A stretch of 42,874 nucleotides of DNA, taken from contig NC_068994.1 of assembly GCF_001194135.2 (NCBI RefSeq), positions 18,459,942 through 18,502,815 of the forward strand. The letters are read 5' to 3'. Positions within the stretch are counted from its first letter, which is position 1. Each line of letters starts with the position of its first letter. The stretch is from Octopus bimaculoides (lineage: Eukaryota). Positions 1 to 11,445 of the stretch are shown in pieces. The translations under genes were made by a program, and so were the position numbers. The notes below the pieces were generated by a model. The model had not been told where the DNA came from. It was given only the letters and a program-made list of their open reading frames with translations, and made no database searches.

Positions 1-53
<53 letters not shown>
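1..53. repeat. (AT)n microsatellite
   Basis: Perfect AT dinucleotide run at the window start. Confidence 0.98.
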
Positions 54-56
<3 letters not shown>

Positions 57-230
57 ACAGAGATGACACAAAAAAACAAATGCTATGTAATGAACTTCAT
101 TAGTGTACATCTGTTTCTGCTATATGATGTGTTGGACTCTTGAGTACTAGGATAACATCCTATAACTTCATTAGAGCCTTGAATGCCTAAGTGAAATATT
201 ATATATTAGTCCATGGGACTAATATTATAT

Positions 231-539
231 ATTAGAATGACCATGGGATTGCAGCTAGAAAATACCCCTCCAAAGCACAAGTCTGGGCGAGGCTGTTTAT
301 GGATGACCAGGAGTTGCCTATGCATACCAACCTCCCTTCTCCATGCCAAGTGAAAGGCAAAGGCCGATACAGCATGGCACCATTGATGTCACAACTCATT
401 TCTACAGCTGAGTGAATTGGAGCAATGTGAAATAAAGTGTCATGCTCAAGAACACAACACACAGCTCAGTCCAGGAACTGAACTCACTACCTCATGATTG
501 TGAGCCTGATGCTGTAACCACTGAACCATGTACCTTCAC
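231..539 (-). mobile_element. tRNA-derived SINE, family D (head + CORE/Meta-like core + 3' module 1)
   Basis: Reverse strand reads GTGAAGGTACATGGTTCAGTGGTTA (A-box-like), GAGTTCAGTTCC (B-box-like), then TTGTGTTCTTGAGCATGACACTTTATTTCACATTGCTCC. A similar head and core recur at 22647, 38114 and 41800. Confidence 0.85.
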
Positions 540-744
540 CATTATATATAAATATCTGAGTGGATGGATCAAAACATTGCTGCACTGGTTTCAATCATGT
601 GGTTATTTATTTAGCACTGCATAATAAATTTAGTAGTTCTGCATTATTGCATAACCAAGCCCTTTCCTCAGATGATATTCAGCCTTCTGATCTATCTGTG
701 AAGGTAAAGATATTTTTAAACATAATTTTATTAAAAGTGAAGAT

Positions 745-1010
745 TTCTAAGAAGTACACATTTTCCAAAGCAGGAGGAGATAGATAAGCTTGCAGCCAAT
801 CAAAATGTTACATTTGCTAACACAGCAAAATTAAGGAAAGCACTTGCTACAAAGGACTGGTAGAAAACCATATCACTTTCCAGATGTTAGATCTCATGGT
901 TAACAACCATTAGTCGTTCAAGTAAGTCTGCAAAGTTTTCAAGATGACAATTGAATTATTTATTACAGGATACGACCATTCATTAAATTCTAATCATGGA
1001 GTATCTGGAA
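745..1010 (+). mobile_element. possible highly degraded RTE-X-like LINE ORF2 fragment
   Basis: Translates KQEEIDKLAANQNVTFANTAKLRKALATKDW*. This resembles from memory the pre-RT linker of RTE-X elements; not aligned. Confidence 0.3.
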
Positions 1011-1133
1011 GGTGATATGGTTTCTTAGCCACTGTATTGTAGCAAAGTGCTTTCACCAATTTCATTGCCTTTGCAAATGTTTTATTATATATATATATAT
1101 ATATCGTCGTTATCAATATTGCCATTGTCATTT

Positions 1134-1350
1134 AAGGTAGTGAGCTGGCAGAATGATTAGCATGCCAAGCAAAATGCTTAGTGGTATTTCATCCATCTTC
1201 ATGTTCTGAGATTGAATTTTGCTGAGGTTGACTTTGCCTTTCATCTTTCAGAGTCGATAAAATATGTACCAGTTGAACACTTGGATCAATGCAATCGACT
1301 TAACCCATCCCTTAAAATTGCTGGCCTTGTGCCAAAATTTGAAACCAATA
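1134..1350 (+). mobile_element. short SINE, family C
   Basis: AAGGTAGTGAGCTGGCAGAAT...GACTTTGCCTTTCATC...GCTGGCCTTGTGCCAAAATTTGAAACC; homologous copies at 16140, 17141, 26468 and 31578. Confidence 0.85.
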
Positions 1351-1469
1351 TCATCATTTTCATTTTATATCCATTTTCCTTGCTGTCATAGATTTAATGG
1401 CTTGTCACAGTCTAGGTCAGTTCTATTTAAAATGGGTTAGAAGACCACATCTTGTTTAAATGTTTCAAA

Positions 1470-1590
1470 TATTTGGCTGGGATTCTACAGTTGGATGCCT
1501 TTGCTAACATCAATCCTTTACAGATTTGTGTTGAGTGCATTTTATCACAGCATCAGCACTAGAAAGCGCATCATGTCTTGACAAGATAAA
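1470..1590 (-). mobile_element. degraded RTE 3'-UTR-derived fragment
   Basis: TTCTACAGTTGGATGCCTTTGCTAAC resembles TTTCTACAGCTGGATGCCCTTCCTAAC of the RTE copy at 6061-6287. Confidence 0.55.
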
Positions 1591-1685
1591 AAAAATTGGC
1601 ATCAAATCCAAACCATAACACAGTAAGCTGTACAAAAAAGAATATTTCTCATCCTCCTCAGATAAAGGTAACTGTTACCTTTGCA

Positions 1686-1912
1686 TTAACCCTTAGCATT
1701 CAGATTACTCCGTCAAATGTAATGCTTATTTATTTACATTGTTTTAAATTAATCCTGCATTATCTTGTTGCTTCAAGATTTTTATGATGTGATTGCTTAA
1801 TTTTAGAATGACACTGTTGGGTAAGTGTGAGAGGCCAGATCTGGCTGGTCTGAACATAAAACAGGTAGAGTATTTGGGCTGGATATGCCCAGTTTAAATG
1901 CAAAAGAGTTAA
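1686..1912 (+). mobile_element. piggyBac-like MITE, family A
   Basis: TTAA-CCCTTAGCATT ... AATGCAAAAGAG-TTAA, i.e. TTAA-flanked terminal inverted repeats. Copies at 33339, 34692 and 40417. Confidence 0.8.
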
Positions 1913-1914
1913 AC

Positions 1915-2267
1915 CAGGGGTTCTCCACCATTTATTACCTATGGACCCCTTTGATTACTATTTTATTCTGGTGAATCCCCATAACCATTTGATGTTTGAA
2001 AACTAGTTTTATAGAAACTTCTTTCGTAATTCCTATTTTGTTTTTTTTCACACATTAACTTGTGTAGGTTGAACTATGTAAAATGTTAGAGAAAGAAACC
2101 TAGATGTTTCTTGCAATACATACCAATACATACAACTAAAGCAAATTTTTTTTCAGGGGCCCTTAAAATACTATTGTGGATCCCCAATTTACTATTTTGT
2201 TGTGTGAACCCCCCAAAATCTTACATGGACCCTCAGGACATTTATGGATCCTGGTTGAGAACCACTG
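1915..2267. mobile_element. hAT-like MITE
   Basis: TIRs CAGGGGTTCTCCACC / GGTTGAGAACCACTG; degenerate 8-bp TSD AGTTAAAC / GGTTAAGC. Confidence 0.8.
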
Positions 2268-2820
2268 GGTTAAGCTTTTAGTGTTTAATCATGTATAAAA
2301 GTGTTCATAACATTTGTAGGTATCATCTTAAATACATGTGTGTTAATGAAAAGGTGATAAGTCACACATTAACAGAGATAACTAATGAAACAAATTGTCT
2401 TGGAAGTGCTCCACTGATGATAATCCATTTAATTTTGAAAAGTTTCAAACTAATAAATTTGCGAAATATACATTTGACTGCCAACAATTACTACTATATT
2501 CTCAATCAAACTCTCTACATGTATTAACCCTTTACAAGTTCATCTTTTCACAACCACCAGTGAATATTGATTTCTATTGAAATAAAACATTCAAAATAAG
2601 CTAATCTAACTTTATAATTTATGAAACATAAAAGTGAAAACATTCAACCATATTATAGGAAAGAGTTGTTTGGAAGGCATGAAAGTAGATATGAGCTGCT
2701 ATAAAGCTGGAGAGTTAACAAGTTGTTTTCCCTAATCGCTAAGTGGAAAATGAAATATGAATAAACAATTTCACAATGTAATAAATAATATCCTATAACA
2801 AACAATTTCTTGTAACTCAC

Positions 2821-2944
2821 TAGGACATCACTTCATGAAGTGGTTAAATTGAGAATGCAATGAAGTGGTCTCTGTTCTTTTTTCCTTCTTTTTCTTTATT
2901 TATCAAGTCTCAATGGGAAGATCTGAGTTCAGCACTGTTAGATG
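2821..2944 (-). other. candidate exon (non-coding or terminal)
   Basis: Minus-strand acceptor GTGTAATATTTTTCAG and donor CTA|GTGAGT. All three frames contain stops; phase 1 gives ..SNSAELRSSH*. Confidence 0.3.
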
Positions 2945-4097
2945 CTGAAAAATATTACACTTGTTTTGCATATCTACTTACAGTTAGATGCACTGAAATA
3001 GTCATATCATTATTACAGAGACAATGCTACTGAGAATATAAGAACTGTTGAAAGGCTTGCACTTTATCAACTCAACCAGGTTCAATTACACTATAATACA
3101 TGCAATTCTTTGCAATTGGAAGTTTCAAAATATAAATGACCAAGTAATTCCCATTATTATACATAATGTTACTCTTTGAAGAACACTAAAAATTACATTC
3201 ACAAGTAGTTCTTAGGGGAGGCTACTATTTCACCTAAGTAATAGGCAATTTACAAACCATCATCTATATTTATTATGCAATTTATTTATTTTTAGATCCC
3301 TTCACACCAGTTATTTCGAACATGTAGTTTCAAACAACAATATTCTTAATCTTCTGTCAAACTGAAGTAAAATATATTGACAGGAATATGAGGGAAAATG
3401 TATTTTTAGACATTTACACATAATTTGTTGGTAAGGATCACCTCAAAGAACCTAAACTTAGCAATAATTATATTGCCATACTTACTAACCTCTTTTAACA
3501 ACCCATCATCCATTTTGTGTTTTAAGAATCTCATCTGAACATTCAGACACAGTATGAAATCAATCTTTAGTCTTTTCAACCCATGTACAAATTATTCTAA
3601 TTTATGCAAAAGAAGTGTAAAATTTCATAGAAGTCAATAAGGAGTGGAATAATACTCTATTTACATGTCACTATGCTTCTTACATTACTTCTTTTGAAGT
3701 GATACAATCCAATCAGCTATTATGATTATTCAGATAATTTAAACGTTTCAAATTACCACAATGGTGATTTTCAACAATAAGGTTTATGCCTAAACAATGT
3801 AATGACTGAGCAGCCCAAATCTAAATGAAAATCAGGAGAAAGCTAACAATTTTATAAGTAAAATGTAATTATACAGTGCTTGTAAAAAAGAATGTAATTA
3901 ATACATAAGTATGAAATATTTTCTTACATTTGTAGAGGACCACAAATTTCACAAATTTCAGAAAAGGAGCACTGTCTCTAGATTAAAAACTAAGTAAATC
4001 TTGGTAGCATTTCAATTCAAAATACTGAGATTGTGGAATAGATACCACAATGTTTATCATCCATGTTCTTAACATTGTGATAAATATCTCACCTTTT

Positions 4098-4313
4098 GAG
4101 CCAACAGGGAAACCTTTACATGAGCCAACAAGGGAACTATCAGACAAGTTAACAAGGGAGTCACTACATAAGCCAACAAGGAAGTCACTACACAAGACAA
4201 TAAAGAAGTTACTACATAAACCAACAAGAGTGTTACAATGCAAGCCAACAAGGGAGCTGGCAGACAAAGCAAAATAGGAGCCACTATGTGAGCCAAAAAG
4301 GAAACTACCACAT
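4098..4313. repeat. 24-bp degenerate tandem array, 9 units
   Basis: Units such as GAGCCAACAAGGGAACTATCAGAC and AAGCCAACAAGGAAGTCACTACAC. Period is exactly 24 with no indels. Confidence 0.9.
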
Positions 4314-4872
4314 CTGCCAAGAGATTGTGTGCTTGCTTGATCAAATTTTCCTCAAATCATAAGTGATCATCTTAAATAGAGAAGCATACATTAGACAGTG
4401 TAATTACTGATATACAAAAAAGACTGGATGGTTATGCCAGTACCACCTTTATTCATGGATCTAGCGGATCAAAGCTAAGCTGGGGTTAAACAAAAGCAAT
4501 TGTCTCTCCCTTAGATGCAATATCACAAACTTATAAAAGAAATATCAAGTGAACTGACACCAGATGAGACGTCAGTTCAAACGTCGAAGTTACTACCAGA
4601 GTTATATGAATCAGGATGCAAATTAACAAAATACTATAGAGCATTTAGTGTAGCCTTTTATCTCACCAGGGTTTAACATTACCTAGAATTTTGTTAATGT
4701 TATTCTTGTTCTTCAATTTTGCTTTTTCACAATTGAACAGAGACGTGATCAATGACACTTTTTATTTCCTTTAGGGAGGTGGGGAGATTACGAGAAAAAA
4801 GTTTTGAATTTTTCTCGTAAACGTATTGAGAAAAATGCTGACAGTTGTAGTTCAGGGGTAAAAGGGACATAT

Positions 4873-4876
<4 letters not shown>

Positions 4877-4962
<86 letters not shown>
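4877..4962. repeat. (AG)n microsatellite
   Basis: Long AG dinucleotide run. Confidence 0.98.
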
Positions 4963-5399
4963 CAGCAGCAAAAGATTTTAACCCCAAAGGTGGTTGCAAT
5001 TATGGTAGCTCTATCAGCATCACCACAGTTACCACTGTCAATAGCAACAATAGCTTCAAAATGAGTGACTTCATTGCTAGAGGCACTAATTACTGGACAC
5101 ACATCTCTTTGAAGTTCATGTTGTCTTTCATAAAACCATAAAATACTTCTCCCAGAAGAGGAAATATATTGAACACTCGAGAGAATGATTATAGTAAAGG
5201 TGTGATGCACACAAGAAGAGAGAAACCAAACACAACACAGTTTGAGAAATAAATGCAAAAAATAAGAATTGGGTATCATTGGGTATATTATAAGAGGAGG
5301 GGAGTATAGGTCAGCCCCAATTCTAAAAGAACTGTTTTCACTTCCACTATTGTTCACAAAACCACTATCTTATCTAGTTCTAGAAAGTTCATGTCACTC

Positions 5400-5800
5400 A
5401 GCTAGATCTGACCTGACTGGATGGTACATATGTCTCAGAGTCACCCAGAACAAGTGTAAGTACATGCATCTCAAATCCTGGTTTCCGTCCAGAGTGATAC
5501 TGTCCATATACAAAAAAGTAAGAGAGGCTACCTTCTTCCAAAGGACAGTTAATGTAAACTTTTAAGAAAGGTTCCAAGCAAGGGGGACATCATTGATAAT
5601 TTTAGGCCTATAACTGTTGAATGTAGAGTTAAAGATTTTGGTTAAGGTGCTCACAAGGAGCTTCATACCTGCCATTGGTAGTATTTATTGTCTGGCAGAA
5701 ATAGCATTCCTACTTTCTAAGACAGCATTCATGTTATGAAATACACTGCAGAGAAGGTTAATATGCATAACTCAGGAGTCATTAACATTTTTCTTTCATT
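5400..5800 (+). mobile_element. degraded L1/Tx1-clade LINE reverse transcriptase fragment
   Basis: RKVPSKGDIIDNFRPIT / LLNVELKILVKVLTR (one frameshift), then GRNSI..HVMKYTAEKV. These match the Tx1/L1 RT N-terminal motifs (..RPITLLN..KILAKVL..; GRSI.DN...R). Confidence 0.75.
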
Positions 5801-6060
5801 TATCCCTCACTCTCTCTCTCGCACACACAAATGTGATAAACAGAATCAATTAATTATTCATGATCAGAGTAAGGCATCAGTGATGATGAACCCTATTAAC
5901 TTTCTCCAAAATATCTGACACATATTCCAGAAATACAGCAAAATACTTATAGCAAATTTGAACTCATGACCAGTGAGAAGGAAGTACAATACCTTATTCA
6001 TTTCACCACCCTGCTACTTCAATAAGGAACAGGAGTGAATTCTCAATTACATAATAACAA

Positions 6061-6978
6061 TCATCATCATCATCATCATCGTTTAACGTGCACTTTCCAT
6101 GGGTTGGACGATTTGACTGAGGACTGGTGAAACCGGATGGCAACACCAGGCTCCAATCTAATTTGGCAGAGTTTCTACAGCTGGATGCCCTTCCTAACGC
6201 CAACCACTCAGAGAGTGTAGTGGGTGCTTTTACGTGTCACCCGCACGAAAACGGCCACGCTCGAAATGGTGTCTTTTATGTGCCACCNNNNNNNNNNNNN
6301 NNNNNNNNNNNNNNNNNNNNNNNNNNNNNNNNNNNNNNNNNNNNNNNNNNNNNNNNNNNNNNNNNNNNNNNNNNNNNNNNNNNNNNNNNNNNNNNNNNNN
6401 NNNNNNNNNNNNNNNNNNNNNNNNNNNNNNNNNNNNNNNNNNNNNNNNNNNNNNNNNNNNNNNNNNNNNNNNNNNNNNNNNNNNNNNNNNNNNNNNNNNN
6501 NNNNNNNNNNNNNNNNNNNNNNNNNNNNNNNNNNNNNNNNNNNNNNNNNNNNNNNNNNNNNNNNNNNNNNNNNNNNNNNNNNNNNNNNNNNNNNNNNNNN
6601 NNNNNNNNNNNNNNNNNNNNNNNNNCTAATGTTCAGCTTTTCTCTCAAGATACTTACACTCTGACGGGTATTCACATTGATATTACACATCCAACGGAGC
6701 ATACTGGCTTCATTCCTTGCGAGCTTACGTATGTCCTCAGCAGTTACAGCCCATGTTTCACTGCCATGTAGCATGGCTGTTCGTACGCATGCGTCATACA
6801 GTCTGCCTTTTACTCTGAGTGAGAGTCCCTTTGTCGCCAGCAGGGGTAAGAGCTCTCTAAACTTTGCCCAGGCTATTCTTATTCTAGCAGCTACACTTTC
6901 AGCGCACCCACCCCCACTACTAACTTGGTCGCCCAGATAGCGGAAGCTATCGACTACCTCTAGTTTTTCACCCTGGAA
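6061..6978 (-). mobile_element. young 5'-truncated RTE-clade LINE (RT C-terminus, 3'UTR, (GAT)n tail), interrupted by an N gap
   Basis: Translates EKLEVVDSFRYLGDQVSSGGGCAESVAARIRIAWAKFRELLPLLATKGLSLRVKGRLYDACVRTAMLHGSETWAVT..MLRWMCN. Tail appears as (CAT)n at 6061-6080. Confidence 0.93.
6288..6625. other. assembly gap (N run)
   Basis: 338 N inside the RTE copy. Confidence 0.99.
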
Positions 6979-7480
6979 TGAGATAGAAGTTGTTTCCTAC
7001 TAAACCACAAAAAATGTTCTCAGTGCACAGCTTAATGCAAAGTTTATCTGAAACAGTGACGAGGGAGTGATACAATAATTGAACAAGTAAAATACTATTT
7101 TCATGAAGAGTTATAAGTTTGTATTCCATTCAGATGCTCAGTTTGTAACTATTGACTTTATTGAAGAATAAAAATAAAGCATTTCCTCAATGCTAGGGTG
7201 CAGTGTTGGTTGAATGGTAAAAGGGATTGCTTTGCAACTTTGTTTCCTGGTTTGACTCAAATATGCAAAGTCATTGATTGACTAGTGTCTTTTCAGTGAA
7301 ATTTGGTATTTGCAAACTGTGCAGAAACTAAAGATATATGTATAGGTGTATATGTATATCTTTCACTGATGTGAAATAATGGTAAAAAAAACCTAGTGCT
7401 CTTCAAACTCTTGGAAACCTGTAACCAACAACACTACTGTTTGTAAATAACAATGAAAATTAAAATAATAGTGTTTATTA

Positions 7481-7645
7481 GGCACAGGAGTGGCTGTGTG
7501 GTAAGTAGCTTGCTTACCAACCACATGGTTCCGGGTTCAGTCCCACTGCGTGGCATCTTGGGCAAGTGTCTTCTATGATAACCTCAGGCCGACCAAAGCC
7601 TTGTGAGTGGATTTGGTAAACGGAAACTGAAAGAAGCCCATCGTA

Positions 7646-7706
<61 letters not shown>

Positions 7707-7910
7707 TTGTGAGTCTGTGTTTGTTCTCCTAGCATTGCTTGACAACCGATGCTGGTGTGTTTACGTCCCCCGTCACTTAGCGGTTCGGCAAAAGAGACCG
7801 ATAGAATAAGTACTAGGCTTACAAAGAATATGTCCCGAGGTCGATTTGCTCAACTAAAGGCGGTGCTCCAACATGGCCGCAGTCAAATGACTGAAACAGG
7901 TAAAAGAGTA
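7481..7910 (+). mobile_element. full-length tRNA-derived SINE, family A, with internal (AT)n(GT)n
   Basis: Head GGAGTGGCTGTGTGGTAAG..GGTTCAGTCCC, CORE-like CTTGGGCAAGTGTCTTCT, central microsatellite, 3' end CAGTCAAATGACTGAAACAGGTAAAAGAGTA. Confidence 0.92.
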
Positions 7911-7971
7911 TTTAGCGTGTAAAATCACACATATCTGGAAGTCATTCCTTTAATTTGTGTTTAGGATTTGT

Positions 7972-8202
7972 TTAACCCTTCTGTTACCATAATTCTGTAG
8001 ACATACACTGCTTTTGTTTCAAAGAGTTTTTCTTTTTAAATAATGAAGAACTTAGTAAAATTATTGATATTATTAAGCTGGTGATTATAGCATATTAACA
8101 CAAAAATTTGATTGAGGATTTGAAGTTAGACCACTTTAGAACAAGAAGTTTATATCATAAAGCAAGGGACAACCTCAGGTGAGTTAGTATTAAAAGGATG
8201 AA
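7972..8202 (+). mobile_element. piggyBac-like MITE, family B
   Basis: TTAACCCTTCTGTTACCAT ... TATTAAAAGGATGAA; reverse copies at 36285-36497 and 38286-38514. Confidence 0.75.
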
Positions 8203-8739
8203 ACACTTTCCATGTCTTCCTAGGACTGCACTAACTAATTTTACATTATACTTCAGTATGTTAATCAGATTTTGTCAGATAACTTATGTAATATTCTATA
8301 CTATTTATGGTAAACTTCTTCAGTTTGATGGTATCCACTCACTAAATAAATCAGGATAATGTTTCTAATTTCTTTCCATTCTCAAGAAATGTCTTGTTTC
8401 TAATAACCAGATTAGTACTGTGTATCAGGCATGAAACAGAGGTTAAATTTTGGATTATTTCTCCCATATGAAGCTATGCCAATTTAGAATTGTATATATT
8501 GTAGGGTACTATATAGTTCTTGGAGTTCATTTTAGTGTAAAATTTAATTTCAGCTAGTTAATTAATACTATGTAATGATTTCAACAAAGAAAAATTGCAA
8601 TGGCCATGTGTTTTAGATGTTGGCTTCTGTGCTGTAGTGTTGGTTATAAATTTGGTGTTGGTGCATGAAAGCCTTGGGTAAGATACAACAACAGTTTCTC
8701 TGGAAAAAACTCAGTGTGATGAAGTAGGTGATGAAGATC

Positions 8740-8918
8740 ATCCACCTATGAAGGATTCCAATGAAAGCTGCATGGAAGCTGGGGTGCAAATGTGTTGGAT
8801 TCTAAGCGCTAAAACTGTGACTACTTATGAGAACCAATTGGACAGGAGTAGAGAGCATCAGATCAACTGTGTTGGTGGGAGTTTACTGCCTTATGCATTT
8901 CATAAGTAGGAGTTAAAT
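8740..8918 (+). repeat. dispersed repeat, possibly a CR1-type LINE 3' end
   Basis: Clearly homologous to 14520-14722. One frame reads ..LSAKTVTTYENQLDR, like the CR1 C-terminal ..AKTV.TFK..LD motif. Confidence 0.55.
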
Positions 8919-10199
8919 ATAAGTTTTATTTAGCTGGTTGTATCAGAAGAGGTAAAGGAGGGAAAGAGAGGTACCCAGAGGAAGAAGCATTGAATTAACA
9001 GGAAGCTAAGTAGTATGGTAGTCTAGTCTTATCAGATACAAGACAATAGAATTGACAACTATAACAATACTGCTTATCAAACAATGATATATGTATCAGG
9101 AAAGAATTAAATGCTGTTATGGACAAGTGCAATATCTGGTTAAAACACTAAAACACATTAGTGAGTATAAACTGAAGGTGATGGTGGTGGCTACTGCCAA
9201 AGAAAATATGTAGTTAAAAAATATGCAAGGTAGAGCAGACTGTAGCATAGTACATACGTCTGTAATCAGACAGAGGGCCTCTTCTGTTTAATGTTTAACA
9301 ATGCATAAAGAGAAACAACTACAATTTTAGGATTAGATATGTGTGCATGCATTTACACACATACACACACACATGCTTATATCTATCTATCTATACATGT
9401 ATATTTTATTAAAATAGTAATACCAACAAAAGGCATTTTATTTTGTCTGAAGATATGTCTGTACATATATGCACCCACCCACACACTCTCATACTCTCAC
9501 CCACACTGTGTTAGTATATAAACATATATAGCACATACAGACATGCACGTGTGTGTATGCCTGTGTCTGAATGTATGCCTAATGTATGTATAAGCCCATA
9601 TTCTCATAACATTAACAACAACCACAAATTATATTGAGATCAATATTAGTAACTATTCCAACATCTAAATATAGCTTTGTGGTTTTATAATGAAAGTAGA
9701 ATTTTTTCCTCATAAGTTTCCAAATAGAAATGTTTGAGAGGGAAAGGTATTCAATGAAAACTTGATCAGGAAGACAGCAATGAATATTAGTCTGAAATTT
9801 TATAGATCTTGTTCTGCTTGGTGGAGTACATTCACTAAAATTTATAGTGAAACATACAATCTATTTAACTGGAACAAGAGTCAGAGTTTCAACAGAGGAA
9901 ATGTAAAGAGGTATTGGTTAGTTACAGAATACTTCTCAGTTGTGATGATAAGCAACAACAGTCAATATGTTTGGAATATGACCAGCTTTTAAATTGTTGA
10001 AATACCTAATGAAACAGTAGCAACAAATGAATGGCTTCTTTGTGCCAATGAAATCATTCTTAAGCTACATGATGGCATATGTCAATGACTATTTTATTTT
10101 ATTTTGTGAATTCATGTTAAAACAAAGATAATTTCAGATTTGAAGTTTAACATTGCTATCATCAGCATTTCAGTTTAGCATCTGTTTTTCTAGGATTGT

Positions 10200-10470
10200 T
10201 TCACTAGTTGCACTAGTTAATTCATATGTGATCTTTCTAAGTTTTCTTGATTTTTGTATCATTCTATTTATGACGCTTAACTTTCTCAAGTCTGAAATAA
10301 CTACTTCTTCCCAAGTTTCCATCACCAAATCATAGCATGTAACTGAAACAAATGTGTCAAATCAGCTTTTTACAACGGAAGCACTCAAACCTCCCTGGCT
10401 ATAAGTTAACATTGTGGATTCAACATATCAAGCTCAACTTCAAGTCAGTTGTTGTACATCTAAGTTTAAA
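10200..10470 (-). mobile_element. very old RTE 3' fragment
   Basis: Minus frame reads ..METWEEVVISDLRKLS.., similar to KTWAEVVRQDLRTLG of the copy at 24664. Confidence 0.4.
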
Positions 10471-11049
10471 ACTACCTTACACATTGCATATGAGAGAAAG
10501 AGAGAGATATGATTGCTGTTAGAATTAGTGTGGTTCCTTTTGAAAATCAGCCCACTGAGTTTTAAACATCTTCAGTAAAATTTTAAAAAAGATGTTGTCA
10601 GTGCATAAAAGGTCCAGGCTTTTAAGAACTGCTGATCTTGCACTATTTTTATGACATGAAGCAGACTGGATATATATATATATATATATATCCTGGATAA
10701 AACACTAGCCAACCTCAGATAGTATTCTGAGATGTTCTTGTATCTCTCTCTCCAATATTTAGGTGACCAAGAGGCACTGTAGCGTAAAGTGTTCTGTCTG
10801 GAAAAATTGAAAGGTTTGTAGTAAGCCAAAACTTACGAGTACCAAATGTAGGTAAATCTTAGCCACATGTGTGAATTTGTCTTTGAATCTTTGTAAATGA
10901 GTGCTGAATTCTGGTTATTAATTAATTTTCTATGTGAATATGTAATAGTATGATTACTATTATTATTATTATTTTATTTTTTTGCAGTAGATATTTTAAA
11001 ACAGAATCCATTTGAATGGAATCCATTTTGTTATAAGCAGACTGAAGCA

Positions 11050-11445
11050 AATAGAGACAGGTGTTTTCCTTTGGCAGAATAAGATAACTCTTTATTTTCA
11101 CTTTAGCTGGGCTCCCACTGGTCATCAAAAGCCAAAGCCATTTCATCAATGACGCTATGAATGGGCCTGGATGCAAAATGGTAGTAACATGACCGATGAG
11201 CATCTCTACAGAAGCACTCCAAAAGTGACCAACAAAATCAGAATAACATCTCTGCATATACAGAGCATTGCATGCAGCACCTGGAAGAAGTAGCATAAAA
11301 TCTTGAGCTCTGGGACCATCTGCATAGTATCAGCAAGTGTGTGAAATGTCATGTGACATTTATCAAACGAACTAGAAGAGGACAAAAGTTTGGATTCTAT
11401 CCATGAGCTGAAGGTAGCAATGATGGATCAAGATGCTCTAAGACA
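11050..11445 (+). mobile_element. degraded RTE-X-like LINE 3' end
   Basis: ..MTDEHLYRSTPKVTNKIR..HCMQHLEEVA*NLELWDHLH....DSIHELKVAMMDQDA, with frameshifts. This resembles the C-terminal motif series of RTE-X ORF2. Confidence 0.65.

Noticed and set aside
615-859. Two-exon model 615-703 and 771/774-859 with a 67-70 nt intron
   Set aside because: The second peptide looks like a LINE ORF2 linker and its donor is weak; the chain terminates immediately.
4098-4313. CRISPR array
   Set aside because: Contiguous degenerate units with no repeat-spacer alternation; eukaryotic context and no cas genes.
4550-4590. Hammerhead ribozyme or Penelope terminal repeat (9-bp hairpin TGAACTGAC/GTCAGTTCA, CAGATGAG..CAAACGTCG)
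   Set aside because: Both catalytic boxes deviate from CUGAUGA and GAAA, and no stem I/III partner or cleavage triplet is evident.
4788-5357. 189-aa minus ORF, the longest in the track
   Set aside because: It runs through the (AG)n microsatellite and lies just upstream of, and antisense to, a Tx1 fossil; no start context or domain.
10922-11296. 124-aa minus ORF
   Set aside because: Mostly antisense to the RTE-X fossil and ends in a (TAT)n tract.
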